Positions 10,504-18,851 of a stretch of 64,000 bases of DNA are shown here, piece by piece; position 1 is the first letter of the stretch; the number at the start of each line of letters is the position of its first letter. This stretch comes from an uncultured delta proteobacterium (GTDB taxonomy: Bacteria > Myxococcota > UBA727 > VGSZ01), in the NCBI GenBank assembly GCA_963775425.1, contig CAVZJB010000004.1, forward strand, positions 1-64,000, written 5' to 3'. The position numbers and the translations under genes are program-made. The notes beneath the pieces were generated by a model, which was given only the letters and a program-made list of their open reading frames with translations, was not told the DNA's origin and searched no databases.

Positions 10504-10707
10504 CGGCTCCAGGATGTCCAGCAGTGGGAACAGGCGCGCCGTGTCGTCTCGCCTCGAGGGTGTGGGCGTTCCCGCAGCCAACGTGACCCACAGGGCCGTC
10601 AGTCGCCTGCGCGCCTGGGTCTGCCAGTCGCGCTTGACCGCGTGCAGGGGCTTCTTCCGCCGCGGGACCACGCCCGCGACGTTGCACACGGCGTACCGTC
10701 GATCAGC

Positions 10708-12753
10708 CTACCGGGCGTACTTGTCCATCCAGGCAAAGACCTCTTCGTGCCATCGCTTGGAGTTCTGCGGCTTGAGCACCCAGTGGCTCTCGTCGGGGAA
10801 GTAGAGGAAGCGGCTGGCGATGCCCTTGCGCTGAAGCGCGGTGAACGTGCTCATGCCCTCGGTGTCCACCACGCGGTAGTCGTGGCCGCCGTGGATGACG
10901 AGCTCGGGCGTCTTCCAGTTCTTCACGTAGTTGATGGGGCTGTCCTTGGCGTAGCCCTGCGGGTTGTCCCAGGGCACGCCGCCGTGATCCCACTCCGGGA
11001 ACCACAGCTCCTCCGTGGCGAAGTAGGCCGCGGTCTCGTCGAGGTTGCCGTCGTGGCAGATGAGCGCCTTGAAACGATCGGTGTGGCCGTTGATCCAGTT
11101 GATCATGTAGCCGCCGAACGAAGCGCCGAGGGCCACCGCGCGCTTGCCGTCGAGCCACGGGTACTTCTGCAGCGCGAAGTCGAGGCCCTTCATGAGGTCC
11201 TCGTAGGGTGCGCCGCCCCAGTCGTGGTGGATGGCGTCGGTGAAGGCCTGGCCGTAGCCGGTGGACCCGTGGAAGTCGATGAAGACGACGCCGTAGCCGT
11301 GGCCCGCGTACACCTCGGGGTTCCAGCGGTAGTGGAAGTGGTCGCTGAAGCTGCCCTGCGGGCCGCCGTGGATGAGGAACGCCACCGGGGCCTTGCCCTT
11401 GGTGTAGCCCGCGGGCTTGATGGCGTAGCCGTAGACGGTGTCGCCGTGCGCGCCCTTGAAGCTGAACTGCTCGTACGCGCCCCACGCGATGTTCGCGTGG
11501 CGCGCGGCGTTCAGCGCGGTGACGGCCTTGACGTCGCTGCCGTCGGGCTTGGCCGTGTACAGCTCGGCCGGTGACACCAACGTGTCCCTGGCGAAGAGGA
11601 TGCGGCCGCCGGCGGGCTGCGGCGACTGCACGTTGCCCTTCATCACGAGGCCCGTGGCCTTGCCGCTGGCGGCGTCGACCGAGAACAGCGCGTGGTTGCC
11701 CATGTCGTCGGCGGTGGCCCACAGGCTCTTGCCGTCGGGGCTCCACCTGATCTCGCCCGGCGAGCGGTCCCACGCCTCGGTGAGCACGCGAACCTTGTGG
11801 CTGGCGACGTCGAGGAGCGCGATGCGCAGCCGGTCGCTCTCGTAGCGCGGGCGCTGCATCTGCAGGAACGCGAGGGTCTTTCCATCGGGGGAGAACGCCG
11901 GCGAGAACTCGTATGCCTTGTTCACCGTGGTCAGGTCGCGCGCGTTGCCCCTGCCGCTGGACGACGCGAGGAAGATGTCCGTGTTCGTGTTCCAGGCGAG
12001 CTCGCTGCCCTTGCCCACGCGCGCGACGAACGCGACCCACTTGCCGTCCGGAGAGATGGAGACCTCCTCCATGCCTCCCCAGGGGTGCGTCGGCGAGTCC
12101 GTGAGTTGGCCGCGCGTGAGGTCGACGGGCTTGTCGGGCGCGCCCGGGCTCCAGACGAACAGGTGCGAGTACTTGCCGTCTTCCCACTGGTCCCAATGGC
12201 GAAAGAGGAGCTGGTCGTAAGCGCGCGCCTTGACCTTGGAGGCTTCCTTCTCCTCGTCACGCTTCTTGGTGTCCTCGAGGGTCTTTGCGTCCGGGTAGAC
12301 GTCGATGGCGAGGACGAGGCGCTCACCGTCGGGGAAGAGCGAGAAGCCGTTGATGTCGAGCGGGAGCTTGGTGACCTCCTGCGCCTCGCTGCCGCCGACG
12401 GCGATCTTCCAGACCTGCGCGGAGCCCGAGCGCGACGACACGAAGAAGATCCACTTGCCGTCCGGAGAGAACACGGGGCTGTTGTCGTTCTCGGGGTTGG
12501 TGGTGAGGCGCTTGCTCCAGGAGCCGTCGGTGGCCGCGAGCCAGACGTCGGTGCGGCCGCGGTTGGCCTCGTAGTCGGTGTCGCGCACCGTGAAAGCGAC
12601 GAGCTTTCCGTCGGGGGAGACGGCGGGCTCGGAGACGCGCTGCATCGCGAGCATGTCGTCGATGGTGAGGCCGTGCTTGCCCTTGCCCTTGAGCGCGAAC
12701 GCCGGCGACGCGAAGAGGGCCACGAGGAGGATCGAGAGGAGGACGCGCTTCAT
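10708..12753 (-). CDS. S9-family peptidase (dipeptidyl-peptidase 5-like) with PD40 repeats
   Basis: Signal peptide, repeated SPDG motifs, IHGGPQ, GASFGG nucleophile, DYRV Asp, DESH His. Confidence 0.92.
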   Translation of the reverse strand: MKRVLLSILLVALFASPAFALKGKGKHGLTIDDMLAMQRVSEPAVSPDGKLVAFTVRDTDYEANRGRTDVWLAATDGSWSKRLTTNPENDNSPVFSPDGKWIFFVSSRSGSAQVWKIAVGGSEAQEVTKLPLDINGFSLFPDGERLVLAIDVYPDAKTLEDTKKRDEEKEASKVKARAYDQLLFRHWDQWEDGKYSHLFVWSPGAPDKPVDLTRGQLTDSPTHPWGGMEEVSISPDGKWVAFVARVGKGSELAWNTNTDIFLASSSGRGNARDLTTVNKAYEFSPAFSPDGKTLAFLQMQRPRYESDRLRIALLDVASHKVRVLTEAWDRSPGEIRWSPDGKSLWATADDMGNHALFSVDAASGKATGLVMKGNVQSPQPAGGRILFARDTLVSPAELYTAKPDGSDVKAVTALNAARHANIAWGAYEQFSFKGAHGDTVYGYAIKPAGYTKGKAPVAFLIHGGPQGSFSDHFHYRWNPEVYAGHGYGVVFIDFHGSTGYGQAFTDAIHHDWGGAPYEDLMKGLDFALQKYPWLDGKRAVALGASFGGYMINWINGHTDRFKALICHDGNLDETAAYFATEELWFPEWDHGGVPWDNPQGYAKDSPINYVKNWKTPELVIHGGHDYRVVDTEGMSTFTALQRKGIASRFLYFPDESHWVLKPQNSKRWHEEVFAWMDKYAR

Positions 12754-12862
12754 GGCGCCCGTGTCGACCGGCGCCTCGACGACGTCAACCTCCCTCGGGC
12801 CGCCGCCGCGGTCGTCGCTGCGGCGGCCGTCGGCGCGCGCGCGAGCGTGCTACCCTCGGTGC

Positions 12863-13609
12863 ATGCGCGTCACACCGTGGCTGCTCGCACTCTCGGCGCT
12901 GAGCTGCGCGCCGGCGGCGCCCGCGGACGTCGTGGTCCACTTGCCGTCCGGCGACTGCCGCGCCGGCGACGCGTGCGCGCTCGACTTCGGCGCGCTCTCC
13001 GCGCAGCAGATCATGGCGCTCGACGTCGAGGACGTCGGGGGAGGCGACGCCGCCCTCGGCGCAAGCGTCCGCGACGACGTGGGCGGCGGCGCGTTCGCCC
13101 TGCTGCAGGCGCCGGCGACGCCGCTTGCGCCGGGCGCGTTCACGCCGCTCGCGCTCGCCGCCGCCGCGCCGCCGGCGGGCGCGGCGGCCACGGGCGTGCT
13201 CGCGGTGGGTTGGTTGCCCGGCACCGGGCCGTTGCCCGAGGTGGGCGTGCCCGAGGACGCGCCGCACGAGATCCGCATTGCGCTCACCGCGACGGGCGCC
13301 GGCGAGGCAGGCGCCTGTCCCGCGCTCGCCCCCTGCACGCTGCCCGACACCCCGGTCGGTGCGAGCGCGTCCTGCGCCATCGAGCTGCACAACGACTCGG
13401 AGCGCGTACAGACCATCGACGACGTCAGCGTCGAAGGCGAGGGCTTCTCGACGAGCAGCCTCGTGCTCCCGAACCCGATCGCCCCGTTCACCGGCCTGGC
13501 CCTTATCGTCACGGCGACGCCCCCGGCGGCCGGCGAGCACAGCGCGACGGTGGCCGTCCGCTGCGGGACCGTCGTCGAAACGACCGTCATCACCGTGACG
13601 GGGACGTGA
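12863..13609 (+). CDS. Lipoprotein with Ig-like beta-sandwich domains
   Basis: MRVTPWLLALSALSC lipobox; LDFG and beta-strand pattern ending VTGT. Confidence 0.6.
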   Translation: MRVTPWLLALSALSCAPAAPADVVVHLPSGDCRAGDACALDFGALSAQQIMALDVEDVGGGDAALGASVRDDVGGGAFALLQAPATPLAPGAFTPLALAAAAPPAGAAATGVLAVGWLPGTGPLPEVGVPEDAPHEIRIALTATGAGEAGACPALAPCTLPDTPVGASASCAIELHNDSERVQTIDDVSVEGEGFSTSSLVLPNPIAPFTGLALIVTATPPAAGEHSATVAVRCGTVVETTVITVTGT

Positions 13610-13655
13610 TTCGTCGCCGGCAACGCGCGCCCACTGGGGCCCGCGTCGAGGCGAC

Positions 13656-16600
13656 TCAGAACAGCGTGAGCTGGCGCTTCTTCGGATCGCTCATGACGGG
13701 CTCAGCCCCGCCCGCCTCGTCCGTCGGCTGCGCGCTCGACACCGCAGGTGTCGTCGGTGGCGGCGTGGCTGCCGGCGCTGGCGACGCGGCGGCCGTCGCG
13801 GAAGGCGTCACGGGCGCCGCCGAGGCCGGCGTCGTCGTCGCCGCGGGCGCGGGAGTCGCCGACGCCGACGCGGAGGTCGACGCGGAGGCCGACGCAGAGG
13901 TCGACGCGGAGCTCAGCGAGCTCATCAAGGCCTCGAACGCGTCCTCGTCGATGATCTGAAGGGCCGCCCCGTCGGCGACGAGCTTCTCCGCGGCCTTCTG
14001 CTTGGTCGACGGCGACGCGCGATCGCTCGCGCCGATGACGAGGTACGTGAGCGCCTTGGTCACGCCCGAGGGCACCGCGGCCCCGAGCGCCTTCACCCGC
14101 GCCTCGGCGGCCTTGCGGTCGATCCTGAGCTTGCCGGTGAACACGAAGGACTTGCCGGCGAGCCCGCCCGTCGTCGACGACGGCGCCGCGCCAAGCTCGA
14201 GCAGCGCCTCGAGCGCGTCGAGCAGCGCCGCGTTTTCGCGCAGGCCTTCGACGATGGCGGCGGCGATGACCTCGCCGAAGCCCTTGATGGCCGACAGCTC
14301 CCCCGCCGTCACCGCGCGCACGCGCGCGAGGGTCTCGTAGCGCTCCGCCAGCGTGCGCGCCGCGGTCTTTCCGAGGCTCGCGATGCCGAGCGCGCGCAGG
14401 AGCACGTCGAGCGGCAGGCGCCGCGCGCGGTCGATCTCCGCCACGATCTTCTGGGCGTTCTTGTCGCCGCACTTCTCGAGCGCCGCGAGCTGGCCGGCGG
14501 ACAGGCCATACAGGTCAGCGGGCGTCGTCAGCAAACCCTTCTGCACCGCCTCCTCGACGACCACCTCGCCGAGCCCCTGGATATCCGCGGCCTCCGCGAA
14601 GTGCAGCAGCCGCCCCACGCGCGCGGCCACGCAGCTCTCAGGCTTGCTGCACAACAGAAAGTCGCCCTCTTCGACGACGGGAGCGCCACACGCCGGGCAC
14701 GTCGACGGCACCGGCACCGGCTCCGTCCCCGGTGACAACACACGCTCCACGTGGGGGATGACGCCGCCGCGGCGCACCATGGCGATGCTCGCGCCGATGG
14801 ACAAGCCGAGCTTCGCCAGGAAGCCCTTGTGGTGGAGCGTGGCTCTCCCCACCGTCACGCCCGAGAGCTGCACAGGCTCGACCAGCGCGACCGGCGTGAT
14901 GGTCCCCGTGCGCGCCACGGACCACTCCACGCCGCGCAGCACCGACGTCCCCTCTTCGCCCTGGAACTTCCACGCGAGCGCCCAGCGCGGGTGGTGCGCG
15001 GTGGCGCCGAGGCGCTTGTGGGCCGCGACGTCGTCGGCCATGAGCACCACGCCGTCGGTCTCGTAGCCGAGCTCCCCTCGCCGCGCAGACAGCTCGGCCA
15101 CCGCGTCCATCGCCTTGTTCACAGGCACGACGACGACGTCGATGGCGCGGAAGCCGGCGTCCTTCGCCAGCGCGAGCTTGTCGCGCTGACGGGTGAACGC
15201 CCCCGCGCCGTCGCCGCGCACGTCGTACGCGAGGAACGACAGCTCCATCCTGCGCGTGGCGTTCGGGTCCTTCTGGCGGAGCGCCCCGGCCGCCAGGTTG
15301 CGCGGGTTGGCGCCGCGCTCGCCGGCGGACCGGGCTTTATGCTTCTCGAAGACTCGAAGTGACATGAAGACCTCGCCGCGCACCTCGAGCGGGGCGCGCT
15401 CGGGGTCGATGCGCGCCGGGATGTCGGCCACGCCGCGGGCGTTGGGCGTGATGTCCTCGCCCTCCTCGCCGTCCCCGCGGGTGGCGGCCACTTCGAGGTT
15501 CCCGGAAGCGTCATAGCGTAGCGAGCACGCCAGGCCGTCGATCTTCGGCATGGCGAGGACGTCGTCGCAGCCGAGGTCTCCCGCCCACTTCTCGAGGTCG
15601 CTCTGCTCGTAGCACTTGTCGAGCGAGAGCATGGGCTCCCGGTGCTTCACCGCGGAGAACGCGTCGGGTCGCGCGCCCAGGTGCTTGAGCGCCCGCGACG
15701 ACGGGTCGCGCGCGGAGAGCGCCCGGCAGAGGCGGTCGAACTCGACGTCGGAGATGACCGGCGCAGCCAGCTCCCAATAGAGGCGGTTGTGGCGCTCGAC
15801 GAGCGCCTCGAGGTCGGCGGTGCCGAGGCCGTCGAGGTCGGGCAGCCGTTCGGCCGCTACGGGGTCCTCGTCGTCGTCGCCCTCGGGCGCGTCGGCGGCC
15901 GGGGTGTCGTCGGCGTCGGGCGTGTACTCCTCGGTGGAGTCGAGCTTGGTCACCGACGTGCTGGGCGCCCGCGGCTTGTCGACGTCGAAGAAGTCGAGCT
16001 TGCCCGGGAGTGACGGCTCGTCGGCCTTGCTGCTCTTGACGTCCCAGAGCTTTCGCGCGAGCGCGTCGAGGTCCTCGCTGCGCTCCACGCCCGAGACCCA
16101 CTCGGGCTTGATGCCGGCGACGCCGCCGAGCGCGCCGGCGATGGAGCCGGCGATGCACGCGATGGAGTCGGAGTCACCCGACGAGTTCGCCCCACGCAGG
16201 ACGCTCTCGGTGAAGTCGCCCTTGGCCTTGAGCACGCACCACAACGCGCACGCGACGGCCTCTTCGCCCACCCAGGCGCCGCCGAGGAACTGGCAGACGT
16301 CCTCGCTGTCGTCGCCGAGCGCAGCGGCGGTCTCGTCGAGCATCTCCATCTGCTCGCGGATGCCGATGGCGTCGATGTCGCTGTCCTTGGCCCCGAGGTC
16401 GCGCAGGATCTCGGGCGTGACGCGGGAGACCATCTCCTTGGTGTACTCGATGATGCCGTCGAGGCCGTTGCCCTTGAGCACCCACGCCACCGGCGCCGCC
16501 GCCGCCACCGACGACGCGATGCCCGTCGGGTGGCTGTGCGTGAGCACCGACTGCGCCGCCGCCACCCTCACGAGGGCCTCGTCGTCGTCGTAGAAGAACA

Positions 16601-17042
16601 AGCCCACGGGAGCCGCGCGCATGGCGGCGCCGCAGCCCTTGGACTCCTTGACGCCGGCGTCCCGCCACGAAGCGCCGCCCTTGAGCTTGCGGCAGCCGGC
16701 GAGGCACGTTCCGCCGGGGGCGCGGTTGTTGGTCGGGTGCTCGGCCCAGGCGACGAACTCCCGACCGAGGAGCGTCATCAGCGCGTCGAGCGCGAGGCCG
16801 CCGCCCGCGCGGACCGTGTTGCCGGCGCGAACGAGCGCCCGCGCCACGGCGATGCTCATCTGGGTGTCGTCGGTGAAGGTGCCGGGCTTGTGGACGCCGG
16901 AGGCCTGGAAGTCCGTGAGGCCCTGCTCACCGTACTTGGCGCGGATGCGCGGCACCGATGAGATGAACTCCGTGGGGTGGCCGAGCGCGTCGCCGACGGC
17001 GAGCCCGATGAAAGAGCCGCGAAACCTGTCCACCGTCTCCAT
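13656..17042 (-). CDS. ligA: ADP-ribosylglycohydrolase (DraG/ARH-family) fused to NAD+-dependent DNA ligase
   Basis: ARH motifs GDALG, TDDTQM, GAAMR, THSH, GDSDS; ligase motifs MLSLDK, KIDG, RGEV, NPRNLAAG, DGVV, WKF, RTGTITP, C4 zinc finger, HhH repeats, BRCT (GKSFVFTG). Single frame; ATG 17042 has a GGAGG RBS. Confidence 0.92.
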   Translation of the reverse strand: METVDRFRGSFIGLAVGDALGHPTEFISSVPRIRAKYGEQGLTDFQASGVHKPGTFTDDTQMSIAVARALVRAGNTVRAGGGLALDALMTLLGREFVAWAEHPTNNRAPGGTCLAGCRKLKGGASWRDAGVKESKGCGAAMRAAPVGLFFYDDDEALVRVAAAQSVLTHSHPTGIASSVAAAAPVAWVLKGNGLDGIIEYTKEMVSRVTPEILRDLGAKDSDIDAIGIREQMEMLDETAAALGDDSEDVCQFLGGAWVGEEAVACALWCVLKAKGDFTESVLRGANSSGDSDSIACIAGSIAGALGGVAGIKPEWVSGVERSEDLDALARKLWDVKSSKADEPSLPGKLDFFDVDKPRAPSTSVTKLDSTEEYTPDADDTPAADAPEGDDDEDPVAAERLPDLDGLGTADLEALVERHNRLYWELAAPVISDVEFDRLCRALSARDPSSRALKHLGARPDAFSAVKHREPMLSLDKCYEQSDLEKWAGDLGCDDVLAMPKIDGLACSLRYDASGNLEVAATRGDGEEGEDITPNARGVADIPARIDPERAPLEVRGEVFMSLRVFEKHKARSAGERGANPRNLAAGALRQKDPNATRRMELSFLAYDVRGDGAGAFTRQRDKLALAKDAGFRAIDVVVVPVNKAMDAVAELSARRGELGYETDGVVLMADDVAAHKRLGATAHHPRWALAWKFQGEEGTSVLRGVEWSVARTGTITPVALVEPVQLSGVTVGRATLHHKGFLAKLGLSIGASIAMVRRGGVIPHVERVLSPGTEPVPVPSTCPACGAPVVEEGDFLLCSKPESCVAARVGRLLHFAEAADIQGLGEVVVEEAVQKGLLTTPADLYGLSAGQLAALEKCGDKNAQKIVAEIDRARRLPLDVLLRALGIASLGKTAARTLAERYETLARVRAVTAGELSAIKGFGEVIAAAIVEGLRENAALLDALEALLELGAAPSSTTGGLAGKSFVFTGKLRIDRKAAEARVKALGAAVPSGVTKALTYLVIGASDRASPSTKQKAAEKLVADGAALQIIDEDAFEALMSSLSSASTSASASASTSASASATPAPAATTTPASAAPVTPSATAAASPAPAATPPPTTPAVSSAQPTDEAGGAEPVMSDPKKRQLTLF

Positions 17043-17084
17043 CCGGACCTCCACGTCGCGATCGTCTCCGTCGTCCCCCGGCGA

Positions 17085-18491
17085 TCAACCTCGGGCCAAC
17101 GCACGCTGCAAGAGCAAGCCGAGCGCGGCGCCGCGCCGCGGGTCGACCATCTTCACCCAGGCGACCTTGCCCGCGAGGTGCGCGGCGAAGTCGGGGTGGT
17201 TGTCGCGGTTTTGCGCGGCCATGCCGGTCCTGGCGCAGTTGTGCAGGATGGCGCGCAGCCGCCGCACCTCGCGCCGGTCGACGGCCGGCTTGTCGTTGAC
17301 GACGACGCCCGTGACCTCCTGGCGGCGGCCGCGTCGCATGACGCGCGTCTTGTCCGCGTTCAGCACGAAGCCCTCGGCCTCGAGCACGCTGCGCGCGCAG
17401 CCGAGGACATGCGTGGTCTGGGCAGGGTCTTCACCGGAGAACGTGAGGTCGTCGGCGTAGCGCGTGTACGTCCAACCCGTGCTCTTCGCGAGCCCCGCGA
17501 GGCGCCGGTCGAGCTTCCCACACAGGACGTTGGTGATCGCCGGCGAGGTGCACGCGCCCTGCGGCAACTGCCGATCGCCGAGGGCGATGTAGAGCTTCTT
17601 TCCGTCGAGCTCGACCTCGGCGCGCGGCGGCTCCGTGCACAGGAGCGCGAGCACCGTGGCGACGCTCTCGGAGTAGCCGACCTTGACGAACAGGCCCTTC
17701 ACGCGGCGGAAGGTGATGGTGGGGAAGAAGTCCTTGAGATCGAGGTTCACCACCACCGGCTTGTGCACGTGCGGCCGCGCGTTGGTCACGACGCTTCGTT
17801 GAACGACGAAACCATGCGCGTGCTCGTCGACGCCGAGCTTGCTCAGGACGCGCTCGAGCACCCAGCGCTGCGCGCCGGCCAGCTTCTTCTTGGGCGCGGA
17901 GATGGCGCGAACGCCGCCGGTCTTCTTGGGCACGCCCCAGCGGTGGTAGTGCACGAGGGCCGCGCCCCGGCGGTGGTACGAGAGCCAGCGCAACTGCGAC
18001 AGCGGAACGCCCATGGCGAGCGCGAGCTCCGGCGCCGTGGACACCACCGGCAGCCCCGCGGCTTCGAGCTTCTGGACGTCGCTGGTGCGCCCCTCGAGGC
18101 CGCCGCTGACGCCGGCGCCGAGGTGGACGGCGTCCGCGTGCTTCTTCCTGGTCCAGCTCTCGCGGCGCTCGCGCGCGGTCTTTTCGCGGAGGACCTTCTT
18201 CTCCGCGCGCTTCTTGCGGGACTCCTGGGTGCGCCGCTCGTTCTCCGCCTTGAGCGCCGCCTCGGGGTCCTGCACCGCGAGCGCCGTGTGCATGAGCTTG
18301 TCGCGCTCGGCCTCGAGCTGCTTACGCGCCTTCTGCTCGTCCGCCGGGTCCTCGGGGAGGCCGACGCCGTGGGGCCAGAACCCGTTCACGCGCATGCGCT
18401 CGAGCACGATCCACTCGGGCCTGCCCGCGATGGAGTCCCACAGCTTCTGTTTCTCGCTCTTGGGTTTCTGGCTCGAGGTCACGGGAGGCAC
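17085..18491 (-). CDS. Retron-type reverse transcriptase with charged N-terminal extension
   Basis: DLKDFFPTI, LPQGACTSP, YADD, retron region X (NARPH = NAxxH) and region Y (VTG). Confidence 0.93.
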   Translation of the reverse strand: MPPVTSSQKPKSEKQKLWDSIAGRPEWIVLERMRVNGFWPHGVGLPEDPADEQKARKQLEAERDKLMHTALAVQDPEAALKAENERRTQESRKKRAEKKVLREKTARERRESWTRKKHADAVHLGAGVSGGLEGRTSDVQKLEAAGLPVVSTAPELALAMGVPLSQLRWLSYHRRGAALVHYHRWGVPKKTGGVRAISAPKKKLAGAQRWVLERVLSKLGVDEHAHGFVVQRSVVTNARPHVHKPVVVNLDLKDFFPTITFRRVKGLFVKVGYSESVATVLALLCTEPPRAEVELDGKKLYIALGDRQLPQGACTSPAITNVLCGKLDRRLAGLAKSTGWTYTRYADDLTFSGEDPAQTTHVLGCARSVLEAEGFVLNADKTRVMRRGRRQEVTGVVVNDKPAVDRREVRRLRAILHNCARTGMAAQNRDNHPDFAAHLAGKVAWVKMVDPRRGAALGLLLQRALARG

Positions 18492-18569
18492 TCCGAAGCG
18501 GGGACAAGCCCCGCGCTACCGGGGGAGACGAGCGCGCGGGCTGCGGGACGAGCCCGCGTACGGGACGAG

Positions 18570-18816
18570 GCGGGGGAAGACGGAACGAGCAGCAGCGCCT
18601 CTACGAACGCTCTTGGACGTGCTCGTTCCACTAAAGCGCCCGTCGGGGATGGCAAAAGCGCGCGAGTCGCGGCGCGACTCATACAGCTGCGCGCTGCCAT
18701 CCCTGACGGGCGCGGGTGAAGAACGGGCGCGTGACGAATGTCGGGCATCCGGGCATGTACGGCGTAACACCGCACGGTTGCTAGATCGCGACGCGCTGAT
18801 CGTTCCGTCTCCCCGC
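18570..18816 (-). ncRNA. Retron msr/msd non-coding RNA
   Basis: Inverted repeats 18570-18588 and 18800-18816 (11-bp perfect core agacggaacga/tcgttccgtct); long hairpin 18636-18713; short msr-like stems; ORF-poor gap directly upstream of the RT. Confidence 0.8.
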
Positions 18817-18851
18817 GACTCGTGGACCTGACCGCGGTTTTCCTGACGGCG

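Noticed and set aside
7688-10804. Very long ORFs such as 7688-10804, 53732-56989, 58274-58957 extension and 29641-32205 extension
   Set aside because: These are antisense or off-frame shadows typical of very high GC DNA, with R/A/P-rich composition and overlap with motif-supported genes
17085-18491. Group II intron, DGR or CRISPR-associated RT
   Set aside because: It has the retron NAxxH and VTG motifs and an upstream msr/msd. No maturase/endonuclease domain, TR/VR pair or Cas1 was seen
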